Assembly (NCBI GenBank): GCA_020697715.1
Contig: JAEHCO010000002.1
Span: 192,001-256,000, forward strand
Direction of reading: 5' to 3'
Source: Methanobacteriota archaeon
GTDB taxonomy: Archaea; Thermoplasmatota; Thermoplasmata; SG8-5; JAGLSY01
DNA: 64,000 nucleotides
Positions 1-11,600 of the stretch are shown here, piece after piece. A program made the position numbers and the translations under genes. Under the pieces are notes generated by a model, which saw only the letters and a list, made by a program, of their open reading frames with translations, had not been told where the DNA came from and ran no database searches. Every line of letters begins with the position of its first letter. Within the stretch, counting starts at the first letter, position 1.

Positions 1-62
1 CAGATGAGCCAGTGCTGGAAAATGATGAGCTCAGGATCATCGAGACATTCTCAGGGGGCTGA
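1..62 (+). CDS. 3' end of ubiquitin-like sulfur carrier (SAMP/MoaD/ThiS family), truncated by window start
   Basis: The frame starting at nt 3 reads DEPVLENDELRIIETFSGG*, with a C-terminal di-Gly and TGA at 60-62. It lies next to E1-like and thiolase genes and is absent from the ORF track. Confidence 0.85.
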   Translation, partial: DEPVLENDELRIIETFSGG

Positions 63-64
63 AC

Positions 65-721
65 ATGAGCGATGAACTATCTGGAATGAAAGGCATAATG
101 CTTCTATCCGGGGGGATCGATTCCCCCGTAGCGGCGATGATGATGCTGGATAGAGGCCTTGATCTCATATTATTACATCTGGACAATCGTCCTTTCACGG
201 ATGATCGGGAGTTCGATAAAGTTAAAAGATTAGCAGCCAGACTTTCCGAGCTGGCTGGTCGTGAACTTCCTTTCTATGTCGCCAAGCATGGTCTGCTTGC
301 GCAGGCACCCACTGCAAAGGCCTGCGACAGACATTATCACTGCATCCTTTGCCGAAGGACAATGCTGAGAGTGGCGGAAAGGCTGGCCAAGCAAGAAGGA
401 GCTACATCCATAGTCACTGGAGAATCCATGGGCCAGGTCGCGTCCCAGACCCTGAGGAATCTCGCGGTCGAGGAGAATGTTGTCAGCATACCCATACTTC
501 GACCACTTGTGGGGCTGGACAAGACCGAGATAATAGAGAGGGGCAGGAATTTCGATACCTTTGACATATCCATATCATCTGGCCTGTGTTGTACCATCGT
601 GCCAGAAAAACCATCCACCATGGCGAGATTGGAGAAGATAGAGGGTGAGGAAGCCAAGCTGGATGTGGATGCCATGATAGATTCCTTGATGGATAGCATG
701 GAGCTCATGGAAATTAAGTGA
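65..721 (+). CDS. thiI: ThiI-like tRNA sulfurtransferase, PP-loop catalytic domain only (no THUMP or rhodanese domain)
   Basis: SGGIDS PP-loop, CILC, TGESMGQVASQTL, ILRPL and LCC...P motifs. Only 218 aa. Confidence 0.8.
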   Translation: MSDELSGMKGIMLLSGGIDSPVAAMMMLDRGLDLILLHLDNRPFTDDREFDKVKRLAARLSELAGRELPFYVAKHGLLAQAPTAKACDRHYHCILCRRTMLRVAERLAKQEGATSIVTGESMGQVASQTLRNLAVEENVVSIPILRPLVGLDKTEIIERGRNFDTFDISISSGLCCTIVPEKPSTMARLEKIEGEEAKLDVDAMIDSLMDSMELMEIK

Positions 722-781
722 GTTCGCTCTAAGAACTCAAGTAATTCAATAAACTTTTTAAGCCTCGAACCCATGTTCTGA

Positions 782-1567
782 GTGATGATCATCAGGGACA
801 AGGAAAAGGATCGATACAGTCGCCAGACATTGTATCACAGGGTCGGATGTGATGGCCAGGAAATGCTCCTGAGTTCCAAAGTCATTGTCATAGGTGTCGG
901 AGCATTGGGTGGCAATATCGCGAACCTTCTTGCCAGATCTGGTGTGGGGAATATATTGCTCGTGGACAGGGACAAAGTGGAACTGAACAATCTTCAGCGC
1001 CAGCTTATCTTTGACGAGGCCGATGTTGGCAAACCAAAGGCCGAGGTCGTGGCCAGGGAATTGAAAATGGCCAATACCTCGATCAAGATAGAGGGAAGAG
1101 TTCTGGAAGTTGATGCATCCAATATCCATGATATCATCAAAGGAGTTGACATTGTCCTTGACGGTACGGACAATGTTAAAACTCGATTTCTTATCAATGA
1201 TGCTTGCGTCCAGCTTGGTATCCCGTGGGTGTATGGTGGGGTGGTGAAGGCAGAGGGCATGACCATGACGATAATTCCAAAAACTACGCCATGTTTAAGA
1301 TGCATACTGCCCAAAATACCAGAACCTGGATCGACCCAGACATGCAATGAAGTGGGTATTCTTAACGGAATTGCCGCAGTTGTGGCCTCGCTTCAAGCAA
1401 CAGAAGCCTTGAAGCTTTTGATGGGGAAAGAACCATCAAAAGGACTGGCTCTGATAAATATATGGGACAGGAAGATGGAGGTAGTGGATATCGACAGGAA
1501 TACGAGTTGCCAGGCCTGCGGTGACAATGTATCTGGTCAGACTGGCTCTGATTGTGGAGGGAAATAA
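782..1567 (+). CDS. ThiF/MoeB/UbaA E1-like adenylyltransferase
   Basis: RYSRQ, GVGALG, DRDKVELNNLQRQ, DGTDN, CLRC, active-site TC and C-terminal CQAC. Confidence 0.92.
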   Translation: MMIIRDKEKDRYSRQTLYHRVGCDGQEMLLSSKVIVIGVGALGGNIANLLARSGVGNILLVDRDKVELNNLQRQLIFDEADVGKPKAEVVARELKMANTSIKIEGRVLEVDASNIHDIIKGVDIVLDGTDNVKTRFLINDACVQLGIPWVYGGVVKAEGMTMTIIPKTTPCLRCILPKIPEPGSTQTCNEVGILNGIAAVVASLQATEALKLLMGKEPSKGLALINIWDRKMEVVDIDRNTSCQACGDNVSGQTGSDCGGK

Positions 1568-1845
1568 TGGAGTTCATGATGGTCAAGACCTGCGAGGCAG
1601 ATGCTTATGATGCAATTCCTAAAAACCTGGCCAGGGTGAATATAAAAAAGGCGATCGAGGAATTGACGAGCGCCGGATATGAACTGATAGTGGATGCTGG
1701 GGTCATGTGCGTGATCATGAAGGACGGGCTGGAGTATCAATTATTTTCCAGTGGTAGGATCCTCATGAAAACACCTGATCTGGAAATAGCAGAAGCTGGA
1801 GCCAGCGGCCTCTTTGCCAATATGGAAAAAGCAGTGGTCGGCTAA
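1567..1845 (+). CDS. small hypothetical protein resembling the C-terminal extension of long ThiF/MoeB proteins
   Basis: TAATG stop/start overlap with the E1 gene and GGAGGG upstream. LFSSGRILMK resembles the F.DGR.I motif of the MoeB C-terminal extension (recalled, not searched). Confidence 0.6.
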   Translation: MEFMMVKTCEADAYDAIPKNLARVNIKKAIEELTSAGYELIVDAGVMCVIMKDGLEYQLFSSGRILMKTPDLEIAEAGASGLFANMEKAVVG

Positions 1846-2762
1846 TTCATCCCATCCAATTGCCCGACCAGATCACAAGCTTTACATAATTTTCCCATGC
1901 TCGGTTCTCCGCATTTCTCACAGTCGATCAAGTTAGCTGGCTTGAAAGTGTTCTTGAGCGGAACTTTCAATTTCTCATAGCTGGAAAGAATAGAATGTCG
2001 CGTGCCAGGTGTCACATCCTCCAGGTCCGCCATCAGCTTCACGAACTCGCCACGATGTGCGCGGTAAGCGTATGGACATTCATCGCCCAAGATGTCCATT
2101 TCCTCGATGATCGCGTACAGGGCGCATTCCTCTTCGGGTATCATGCGCAATGGGAGTATTCGGGGTATTAAGCCGGGTTGTGGTCGATCATGCGGCCCAA
2201 GTCTTGCTAGTCTTTCCACATCCCCCCGGCAGATGTTCATCAGAATACTGCCTGCCGTGTCATTAAGATTATGTCCAAAGGCTATCCTTGTTGCTTCGAT
2301 AGCCTTGCTGGCCTTGTTCAGAGCTTGGCGACGGAATACTCCGCAATAAGTGCAAGGGACGGTATCTGGATCCCTGGCAACAGCCTCATCCAGAGTGTAT
2401 CCGAAGAGATCTTTAAAACTGATTATTTCAAGAGGAATGCCCAAAGACTGGCATTCCTTTTTCGTGGCTTCCAATCCCTTCTCACGGTAGCCGACAATTC
2501 CCTCATCCACGATAATGGCGTGGATGAGAATCCCGCTTCTTGGATGGAACATATCGCGAAGCAGGCGAAGCATCACCATGCTGTCCTTACCACCAGATAC
2601 CGCGACGGCCAGCTTGTCGCCAGCCTTCATCTTGCCGCCTGATTTCACCTCTTTGGCCATTCGCTTGACAAAGAATTCCTTGAAGTGAGTGTCGCAAAGA
2701 TGCTGGCTGCTATATCTGACGAATATGACCGATGGCTTTCCGCATCTGGAACAGGGTATCAT
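1842..2762 (-). CDS. ncsA: tRNA 2-thiolation protein NcsA/TtuA/Ctu1 family
   Basis: N-terminal CSRC...HLC..HF zinc finger, SGGKDS PP-loop, CTYC, GHNLND, ECPY and C-terminal CEKC...CKAC. Confidence 0.9.
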   Translation of the reverse strand: MIPCSRCGKPSVIFVRYSSQHLCDTHFKEFFVKRMAKEVKSGGKMKAGDKLAVAVSGGKDSMVMLRLLRDMFHPRSGILIHAIIVDEGIVGYREKGLEATKKECQSLGIPLEIISFKDLFGYTLDEAVARDPDTVPCTYCGVFRRQALNKASKAIEATRIAFGHNLNDTAGSILMNICRGDVERLARLGPHDRPQPGLIPRILPLRMIPEEECALYAIIEEMDILGDECPYAYRAHRGEFVKLMADLEDVTPGTRHSILSSYEKLKVPLKNTFKPANLIDCEKCGEPSMGKLCKACDLVGQLDGMN

Positions 2763-2792
2763 CGGACTTGGATTATGATGTGAGGTTTAAAT

Positions 2793-5558
2793 CTATTGCC
2801 CGGAAGTCCCAGTTTCATCCACCTGCTCTGGTTCTTCTATTTCTTCGGATACTTCCGGGGCTGGCTCCTCAATGGGCTCCTCTTCAGGTGCTTGAGCTTC
2901 TGATCTGGACCCCCTCCTCTTCATCATCCCGACCACCAGGGCCATCATGACCACGGCTATAGCTATGATGATAGAGACTGGTATGGCATCATCGTCATCA
3001 ACATCACTGGTGTCGTCACTATCACCAGTGTCGTCATCATCTGTATTGTCATCGTCATCTAGCAATTCATCATCGATCTCATAAGCAGTGGCATCGGTGA
3101 GAGCTAATTCATTCCCCCAGTCATCGAAGGCCAGTACCTTGTAATATGGAGATGATCCAGGACTTGCATCAGTGAAGGTGCGGGCGCCAGCTGTTACATT
3201 GCCTATCTCCGCGTATGTTCCGTTTTCCGAGTCCGCCCTGTAAATTCTGAAGCCAGCCAGATAAGCATCGCCAATATAGTTCCAATCGACTTGCACCTGC
3301 CCATTATCCAAAGATGTCAGGGTGATATCCGTGACTTGTGAAGGGACCAAAGATTCCTTCACAACAAGGCCAGTCATTATATCCGTGGGAATTGCAGCCA
3401 GTCCACTACCATCGATGGCCGTGAAATAATAGGTATATTCGCCTGCTGGCAGGTTCATCGTATGGCTGTACATTATTGGAACCATGGTATCGACACCGGA
3501 AGTAGTGGACATATTGAAAGGACTATCAATTATCTCATTTCCATCCTTCATAATGTGGAGCTTTGGTTCTCCGGTGGCTGGCAAATGACCATCATCCCAG
3601 TACATGATACTGAATTGATAATCTGTGTTAATATCTCCCACGTTTGGATGCAGTCCGTCTGCATTATCTGTATCCGAGGGCCAGCCAAGTTCTGGAGGTG
3701 TGTTCATACCAAAGAGCACATGAAGCTCGGTGACCATCTCATCCGGTCCGGGATATGCGGGATCGTCCCACGCATACATGTAAAGATCATAGACCCCGGC
3801 AGACCAATTGGTCGTATCCAGAGTGATGGTGAAGTTCTCCACGGATGAGTCCAGTGCATTATCCGCAATACCTGCTATCGAACTTGACCAATTATGCTGG
3901 CCGATCGTGATATTCACACCACCGATATTAGAATTCCCGGTCATATTGTCCAGGACTGTCAATCTATAAGTTAGGCTCGAGCTTGCGCCGAGCTGCTGGC
4001 TCGTCGATATTGGAACGATCTCCGGTGGCACATCATCCAGGATGGTCAATTCCGCATGTTCTGAAGCGGAATTATTGTAATTGAAAGCAGAGTCCCAGCC
4101 ATATACGTGATACTCGAAAAGACCAGCTTCTGTAGGTGCTGGCACACTTCCGCTCAGGCTCTCTTCCGTGCTGGTTGGAAGGTTATCAAGGGCCATATCG
4201 ATAGATGATCCCCAATTGCCCATACCAAGTGTGAAGTTCGCCCCTTCGATGTCCGAATCACCACGTCCAGTATCATTGAGGAAGGCAGACAAAATGATGC
4301 TTGTCTCGGAAACATTGCTCAGCAGGTATGTTGGATCTGCCTGGCCATTGATCAGGATATTGGATATTTCGGGAGCTATCTGATCCGTGGATACCACCAG
4401 TGTTGCTTTGGCCACTGGTGTGGAATTGAAATTGTCGTTTGTATCATTTCCATAGACATAGATATCGAAAGATCCAGGTAGCAATGAGGTAGTGTCAATG
4501 CTGGCTGTCACAGTCTCGGAAGGAGAATCAAAGCCACCATCCAGGCTGGCCATTGGTTGACTACCAGTCCAGTTCTGATATCCTATCGTGTAATTGGCAT
4601 ATTTGATATTGGAATTTCCAGTTGCGGAATCATTGAGCTTGGCAGTCAGTGTCACCGAGGTCCCGGGATAAACTCCCTTGCTTGCCAGTCCATCCAAGAG
4701 CACATCGGAAATATCTGGAGCCACATCATCGATTATCTCCAGGGTGGCGAATTCCTCGGTATTGGTATCATTGTAATTATTGTATTCATCCCAACCGTAG
4801 GGATAATAAGTGTAAATTCCAGCCTCGGTCGGCTTAGCCAACTGGAGTTCGAAGGTTTCGGTGGAGCTGTCCAGTGTATCCAGAGGAGGCAAGGTCGTAC
4901 CCGGCCAATTCAATGGTCCCATGGTGAAGTTCGCTCCTGCTATATTGAAGCCACCAGTTGATACATCCATTAGCACCGCACTCAGCGAAATATCTGGGAT
5001 GGCGGAGAGCATGTATTGTCTAGTGGATTGGCTATTGATATAGGCTCCTGTTATCCACGGTGCTTCATTGTCCGGGATGGATTCTGGAATATCATACGAA
5101 ATGGTATTCCAACCATCAGAAGATCCATCTGAAGCCAAGCCAGCTACATCGATATCGACTGAGTCTGTATGCCTTGAGGGTGCGGTCCAATCGAGGGTCC
5201 AGGTTCGTAGTCCACTTCCTGAATGAGTGGCCTGATCTCCACTTATCTGAACTGAGACTCCTGGATTTGACAAAGTGCCTTGTGACACTTCAAGAGAGAA
5301 ACCACCCATAGTGGTAGCAATCACACTGGCTACTGAGATAGTAAGTGGATATACTTGATCCGGAACATATTCCACTGGCAAGCCAGTGATACTAACACTG
5401 ACACCGGGATCTGAAGCTCCATGGCAGCTTCCACCACCACAACTTGTGGCATTGCCCATTTTACCTGATGTATACGCACTGGCTGGAAGAACCACCATAA
5501 TGCTCAATGCGATGATCACTAAAATTGCCTGGCCCTGTTTCTTACTGATGCTGAACAT
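2793..5558 (-). CDS. secreted membrane-anchored surface protein: Reeler-like N-domain with CX4CH, repeated Ig-like modules, FN3-like domain, acidic linker, C-terminal TM
   Basis: Signal peptide, CGGGSCHG, GGFSL and WTAP motifs. Four D..APxI / GANFT.G..NW / DS..ET modules. D/T-rich linker, then a hydrophobic helix and KRR. Confidence 0.7.
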   Translation of the reverse strand: MFSISKKQGQAILVIIALSIMVVLPASAYTSGKMGNATSCGGGSCHGASDPGVSVSITGLPVEYVPDQVYPLTISVASVIATTMGGFSLEVSQGTLSNPGVSVQISGDQATHSGSGLRTWTLDWTAPSRHTDSVDIDVAGLASDGSSDGWNTISYDIPESIPDNEAPWITGAYINSQSTRQYMLSAIPDISLSAVLMDVSTGGFNIAGANFTMGPLNWPGTTLPPLDTLDSSTETFELQLAKPTEAGIYTYYPYGWDEYNNYNDTNTEEFATLEIIDDVAPDISDVLLDGLASKGVYPGTSVTLTAKLNDSATGNSNIKYANYTIGYQNWTGSQPMASLDGGFDSPSETVTASIDTTSLLPGSFDIYVYGNDTNDNFNSTPVAKATLVVSTDQIAPEISNILINGQADPTYLLSNVSETSIILSAFLNDTGRGDSDIEGANFTLGMGNWGSSIDMALDNLPTSTEESLSGSVPAPTEAGLFEYHVYGWDSAFNYNNSASEHAELTILDDVPPEIVPISTSQQLGASSSLTYRLTVLDNMTGNSNIGGVNITIGQHNWSSSIAGIADNALDSSVENFTITLDTTNWSAGVYDLYMYAWDDPAYPGPDEMVTELHVLFGMNTPPELGWPSDTDNADGLHPNVGDINTDYQFSIMYWDDGHLPATGEPKLHIMKDGNEIIDSPFNMSTTSGVDTMVPIMYSHTMNLPAGEYTYYFTAIDGSGLAAIPTDIMTGLVVKESLVPSQVTDITLTSLDNGQVQVDWNYIGDAYLAGFRIYRADSENGTYAEIGNVTAGARTFTDASPGSSPYYKVLAFDDWGNELALTDATAYEIDDELLDDDDNTDDDDTGDSDDTSDVDDDDAIPVSIIIAIAVVMMALVVGMMKRRGSRSEAQAPEEEPIEEPAPEVSEEIEEPEQVDETGTSGQ

Positions 5559-5648
5559 GAATACCCCTCTTACTACAGAGAAATTGATCTTATGGTAATA
5601 TCCTTTCCCCCATTATTAGGGAGTAGATAGGAGTGATGATCTACCAAT

Positions 5649-8600
5649 TTACTCAATCTCATCTTCGGATTCGACCTGTTCTGGTTCTTCACTGACTTCC
5701 TCCACAGGTTCTTCTGTTTCAGGTTCATCAACAGCTTCGTCCATTGGTTCCTCTGCGGTTTCCTCAGCCACTGGCTCATCCTTGTTGCCCTTGCCCTTCA
5801 TTATCAATAGAAGAGCAATAACGCCGACCACTGCGAGTATGAGGATTATGTAGAGCCAGTTATTAGCAGGCTCATCGCCTGTGTCATCGGTATCGTCATC
5901 ATCTTCCACAATGTCATCTATAACAAGGCCAGTTGTCGAATCTTCTGCCGTGTAGCCCGGATTCCATTCGTCAGGAGCTCCGTCGTCATCAGCGTCAATA
6001 GACGCTGATGGGTCAGTTGGGAATGCATCGGCATTGTCGCCGGTTCCGTCACCATCTGTATCGGTTGTCTCGGTAGCATCACTGGGGAAGGCATCGCTAT
6101 TATCCCCTACACCATCTGAATCTGTATCAACGGTCTCGGTGGCATCATTGGGGAAAGCATCGTCATCATCTGGCACGCCGTCATCATCCGTGTCTGTTTC
6201 TGTAACTATTTCTCCAATTGCAGGGTCCAAAGGATCCTGATCATCAGCATCGTCTACGCCATCACCATCGTCGTCATTATCCGCATTGTTGCCAGTGCCA
6301 TCCCCATCGGTGTCCACTGTCTCTGCATCATCCAATGGGAAATCATCATCCACATCATCGACCCCATCGCCATCGTCATCAGTATCTGCATTGTCGCCAG
6401 TTCCGTCGCCATCGGTATCTGTGTCTTCAGATGGATCTGTTGGGAAATCATCATCAACATCTTCGACACCATCATTATCATCATCACCATCTGAACCATC
6501 AGCAACACCATCACCATCCGTGTCCAGTAAGATCAAGAGCGTGGCATTGGAATAAGCAATGCCGCCATTACCATCACTTACACTGACACTGACATTGTAA
6601 TAGCCAGCGTCTGCATTTTCGGGACTTCCGGTCAACTCTCCTGTGGCTGGATCGATAGACAACCAGGCAGGTCCAGTAATAGACCATGTAAGAGTGTCAC
6701 TCGTGTCACCATCGGTGACTGTGAAGTTTTCAGTGAAATCACTTCCAGTATTGAAAGTGGACTCGGTGAAGCCAGCAGTAATCGCAGGCATATCATTCAC
6801 ACCAGTTATTGTTATTGTCACAGTTGCATTATCGAATCCGCCATTTCCATCATGTATGGTGTAATTGAAAGTATCTGTCGTACTCTCACCAACAGCCAGT
6901 GTTTGATAGGAGGGTTCAGCAATTGTGAGATAGGTGAATATTCCATCTGGGTTCACGGTAATACTGAGGCCATTGGCAGTTAGTGGATCATTGTCAATTA
7001 CCTGGAAGACATCTGTGGTATCTGGATCATTATCATTACCCAGAACATTACCATTCAGAGGTGTATCCTCGTCAATTGAATATACGTCGTCAACTGCAAC
7101 TGGCACATCATTGACATTGGTCACCGTGATAGTGAAATTACTCCAACCTATACCACCATTGCCATCATCAACAGTCACATTCACCCATTGAGTTCCAACA
7201 TCTGCATTGGTGGGTGTGCCGGATAAGTTACCTGTATTATTATCTATACTCAACCAGCCAGCATTGGTATTCAGGCTCCAATTGAGCACATCGCCTTCGA
7301 TATCCGTGGCATTATAATCCACACTGTAAAGCACATCTTCTAGGGTTACGATGACATCTGCTGTGGTAATCACTGGCATATCATTAACATTTGTCACTGT
7401 AACATTGACAATAGCAGCATGAGTTCCTCCATTGCCATCAGAGATAGTGTATGTGAAGAAGTCTGATCCGAACCAATTCGCACTGGGTTCGTAGGTCACA
7501 TTCTTGCCAGCATCTATTATCGCGACTGCTCCATTGACACCCTGGGTCACACTTATTATTGTTAGATAGTCGCCATCTGGATCTGTATCATTGGTCAGTA
7601 CATTGATCGTATTGGCACCACTGTCCTCGATCGCTGTGTATGTATCATCCACTGCGACAGGCGAAGTGTTCATGGTAACATTGCTCGAAACATTATTATT
7701 GCCCATATTTGGATCAAAAATATCTGATACAGAAGTTCCATCCAGATAGAATGCACCGCTTTCATTTGCCACGAGACTGACTTGCATCCAGGCAGTCTCT
7801 CCACTGGCCAAATAGCCTATCAACCATGACAGTCCGCCTTGCCATAATATAGTGTCAGCAGACTGATTATTTCCCTGGTATATCACATCATTACCGCTTC
7901 CCGTCACGGTGACATTGACATTCACTGCATTGTCTGGTCCATCATTTGTGATATTCACGTAAAATATCACAGTTTCTCCTACATTTATGTGAGATGGAAC
8001 TGCATCCACGGTCAGATCAAGGTCTGCTATTGGGGTTGGAGGAGTTGTACCAAATGCCTGAAGGAATGGATAGGTATTTTTCTCGTATATCCCCCACACT
8101 GTGGTAAAGTTCCAGTTCGTGAAGGTAGCTTGGCTCATCATCTCTAATGTATCATTTCCTGTTCCACCATTACTGCTCACTTGTCCAGATGTCTCTATGT
8201 CCCAGAAACAATCATTGTTGGTGCCAGTACCATTATCTCCGATAAAGCCACCAACATCCACGCCTGCTCCGCTGACACTGCCAACACTGTAGCAATTTGT
8301 GATTGTTCCACCTTGATTGTATCCTGCAAAGCCGCCAACGAAATCTGTTCCAAGACTATCCCCTGTGCCATAGCAATCCATGATGGTTCCAGCTTGATGA
8401 TATCCTGCAAAGCCACCAACATACCTATCTCCACTGGCAATTCCCGTGCTGTAGGATATGGAGATGGTACCTGCGAACATCCGCCCTACGAAACCACCTA
8501 TAATATCATCACTGGGTGTGTTCCCTGTGCTGTAGCTGTCGCTGTAACATTGAGTTATGGTTCCGCCAATAACCCATCCTACAAAGCCGCCGACATATCC

Positions 8601-11600
8601 CTCTCCACTGGTGTTTCCAAATGATGTGCAGTTGGTGATGTCTCCACCATTATTTCCTGTAAAACCACCAACATAAAGGTTCATGGCACTTACATTTCCG
8701 ATGGCGGAGCAGTCATTTATCGCGTCCATATTTCGCCCTGCGAAGCCTCCGACATTGATATCAATTCCAGTAGTGTCTCCTGAGCTGTGGCAATTTGTGA
8801 TAGTTCCAGTTTGATGATATCCTACAAAACCACCAATGAATCCATCTCCATATACATCACCATTGGCCGTACTATTTGAGACATCGCCCCAGTTCTCTCC
8901 GACCGATCCACCAACATAGTCACAGTCCACATCGTATCCAGTAACATCACCGTCGGCATGACAGTTCTCGACGGTCCCATCATTTGTTCCAATGAGGCCG
9001 CCAATATAATCGACACTACTTGATACATCACCATAGGCATAGCAATCGATAGCAGAGCCAGTTGGTGGCTGATAACCTATCAGACCGCCTGTGTTGACAT
9101 CCGTATTATTTACATTACCGTAGGCAGAGCTGTTAGTTACTGAACCGTCATTCCTGCCTATCAGGCCACCAACATCATTGTCACTGCCCGTTACATTACC
9201 CTCTGCCAGTGAATCGATCACCGTACCATGGTTCTCACCAACAGAGCCACCTATCGCCCTTGTTCCGTTCACGGTCCCATAAGCTGTGCATGACTCAATA
9301 TAACCGCCTTCTGTGTAACCTACGGCTCCGCCCACGTACAGGATTCCCGAAACATCGCCGTATGAAATTGAATTGGTGACATTGGCCATTATCGAGCTAT
9401 CATCATTGTATCCCACAATACCTCCAATACAGTCGTCAAGTGCATTAATGGAGCCATGGTTGATCCCGTTAACAACATCGCCGTAATTCTCACCGGCGAT
9501 CCCTCCAACGGAGTTCCAGCCATTGATATCTCCATAGTTCTCACAATCATATACGATATTATTATTGAGACCTGCAATACCAGCGTGGCCCCAAGTATTC
9601 AGGGTGGCCGCACTGATATTTCCATAATTGGTGCACATTGTGATATTTCCATCATTCTGGCCGACGATCCCACCTACAGCCATAGCCACTCCTGTGACAG
9701 TTCCAAAGGCCTCGCAATCATATATCAGATTATTATTATCTCCGGCAAAGCCACCTATTTCATTCATTGTCCCCGAGGCATTTCCAAATGCTGTTGAATT
9801 CTCAATGGTGCCAAAGTTATGGGAGGTAAATCCTCCGATGGTTCCGTAGCCAGACACATTTCCATAGGCCTGGCAATCGTATATCAGGCCTGAATTGTAA
9901 CATACAAAACCACCGTTCTCATTTCCACCTGTGACCGTTCCAAAGGCTGAACAATTGGTGATCGTACCGCTGTTCTCGGCAATGAAGCCTGCCATTCCTG
10001 GCTGTGAGCCTCCATCAACGGTTCCAGAGGACCATGAGTCCCTGATAATGCAATTGGCCTGCGACAGACCTGCAAACCCTCCGGATAGGGTTCCACCTAG
10101 CGTCATAGCAATGTCTCCGGTCGAGGTGCTGTTGTGTATGGTACCACTGGACAACATTCTTCCAATTACACCTCCGGTATGGTCCCTGCCAGTCACATCG
10201 CCAGTATTACCACTGTGTGTGACAGATGCCCCATCGGCCTGACCCACGATACCTCCAACAATATCATCGACAGAATATATATCATTATAATTATAGCTGT
10301 AAGATACGCTACCACCGAGCATTTCTCCCACAATACCGCCGGTCATTCCCCCATTTGAATCTATCATTCCATTATTGACACAGTTGAAGATCGTTCCTCC
10401 GTCCGAGATACCTACTATGCCTCCGACTCTATAAGTGGAGAACAAGGTATTGTTCACATAGCCCCAGTTATTACAAATTATGACATCACCATTGGTCGCG
10501 CCCACAACTCCCCCAACATTACCAGCGAGGCCAGTTATGTCTCCATAGGCATCGCAATTGCTAAGTTGGCCACCAGCGAGCATCTGCCCCACCAGGCCAC
10601 CTACAAAGCTCGAACCAGATACAGTACTTGAGGTAAAGGAATTGGTGACACTGGCTTTGCTGTATCCAATAAGTCCACCAGTCCGAGATCCTGCTCCAGT
10701 AACATCGCCTGTCGCATTGCAACGAGTAATTGTATTATCGCTATTACCTGTCAAGCCTCCTGTGTTTATTCCTGAGCCTGTAACATCACATGATGACCAG
10801 CAGTCCGCTATGGGGCCAGAGAGTGAACCTATCAGGCCACCGGTGTCTGTGACTCCCGAAACAACACCATGGGATGAGCAGAATTCCACATTCCCGAAGT
10901 TCCATTTCGCTCCTGCCAGCATACCAACCGAATCTCTTCCAGTAACATCGCCAGATACTGAAACGTCTGTCACGTCTCCAAGGACACCTATAGCTCCGAA
11001 AAGACCCTGGTAGTCCTCAGCTGGCCTGTTGATGTAAAGACCAGTTATCGAGTAACCCTGTCCCTGGAATGTGCTATCAAAGCTGGTTCCCTGGAAGTCT
11101 ACAGTTCCGCTGTCAGTGTCGGGAGCAATGGGCAAGAATCCTTTTCCTCCGTTGGAGGCATTGGTTCCCCACATCTGCGCTGCATCCAGAATATCCATCT
11201 GGACATCATTGCCCAGTTCGTAATCCGCAGTCGTATCCATGGCCATTAATTGAAGTTCATGTGAATTGGTAATTCTGGTATTGTATTCCATCCTGAGGAA
11301 GGGACGGGTCTCGCCTTCGATCATCCACCAGTCATTTGTGAAGTCCCAGCCAGATCCTGTGTATGTTGTCTCTGTCATTGCCTGGGCTGTTGTAAGTCCA
11401 GTCGCTCCACTAGTATTCCCACTTTCTATCCCAGTTGCCATAGCGGAACTGGCTGTGTCCCAGAAAGAATCCATGACAGTCCCTGCATTACTACCCAGGA
11501 ATCCACCAAGGTTTGCGCCTCCGATCACACTTCCTGTTGCATATGAACTGTTGATCCATGCAGTATTATAACCAACTAGACCGCCAATGAACTGGCCATC

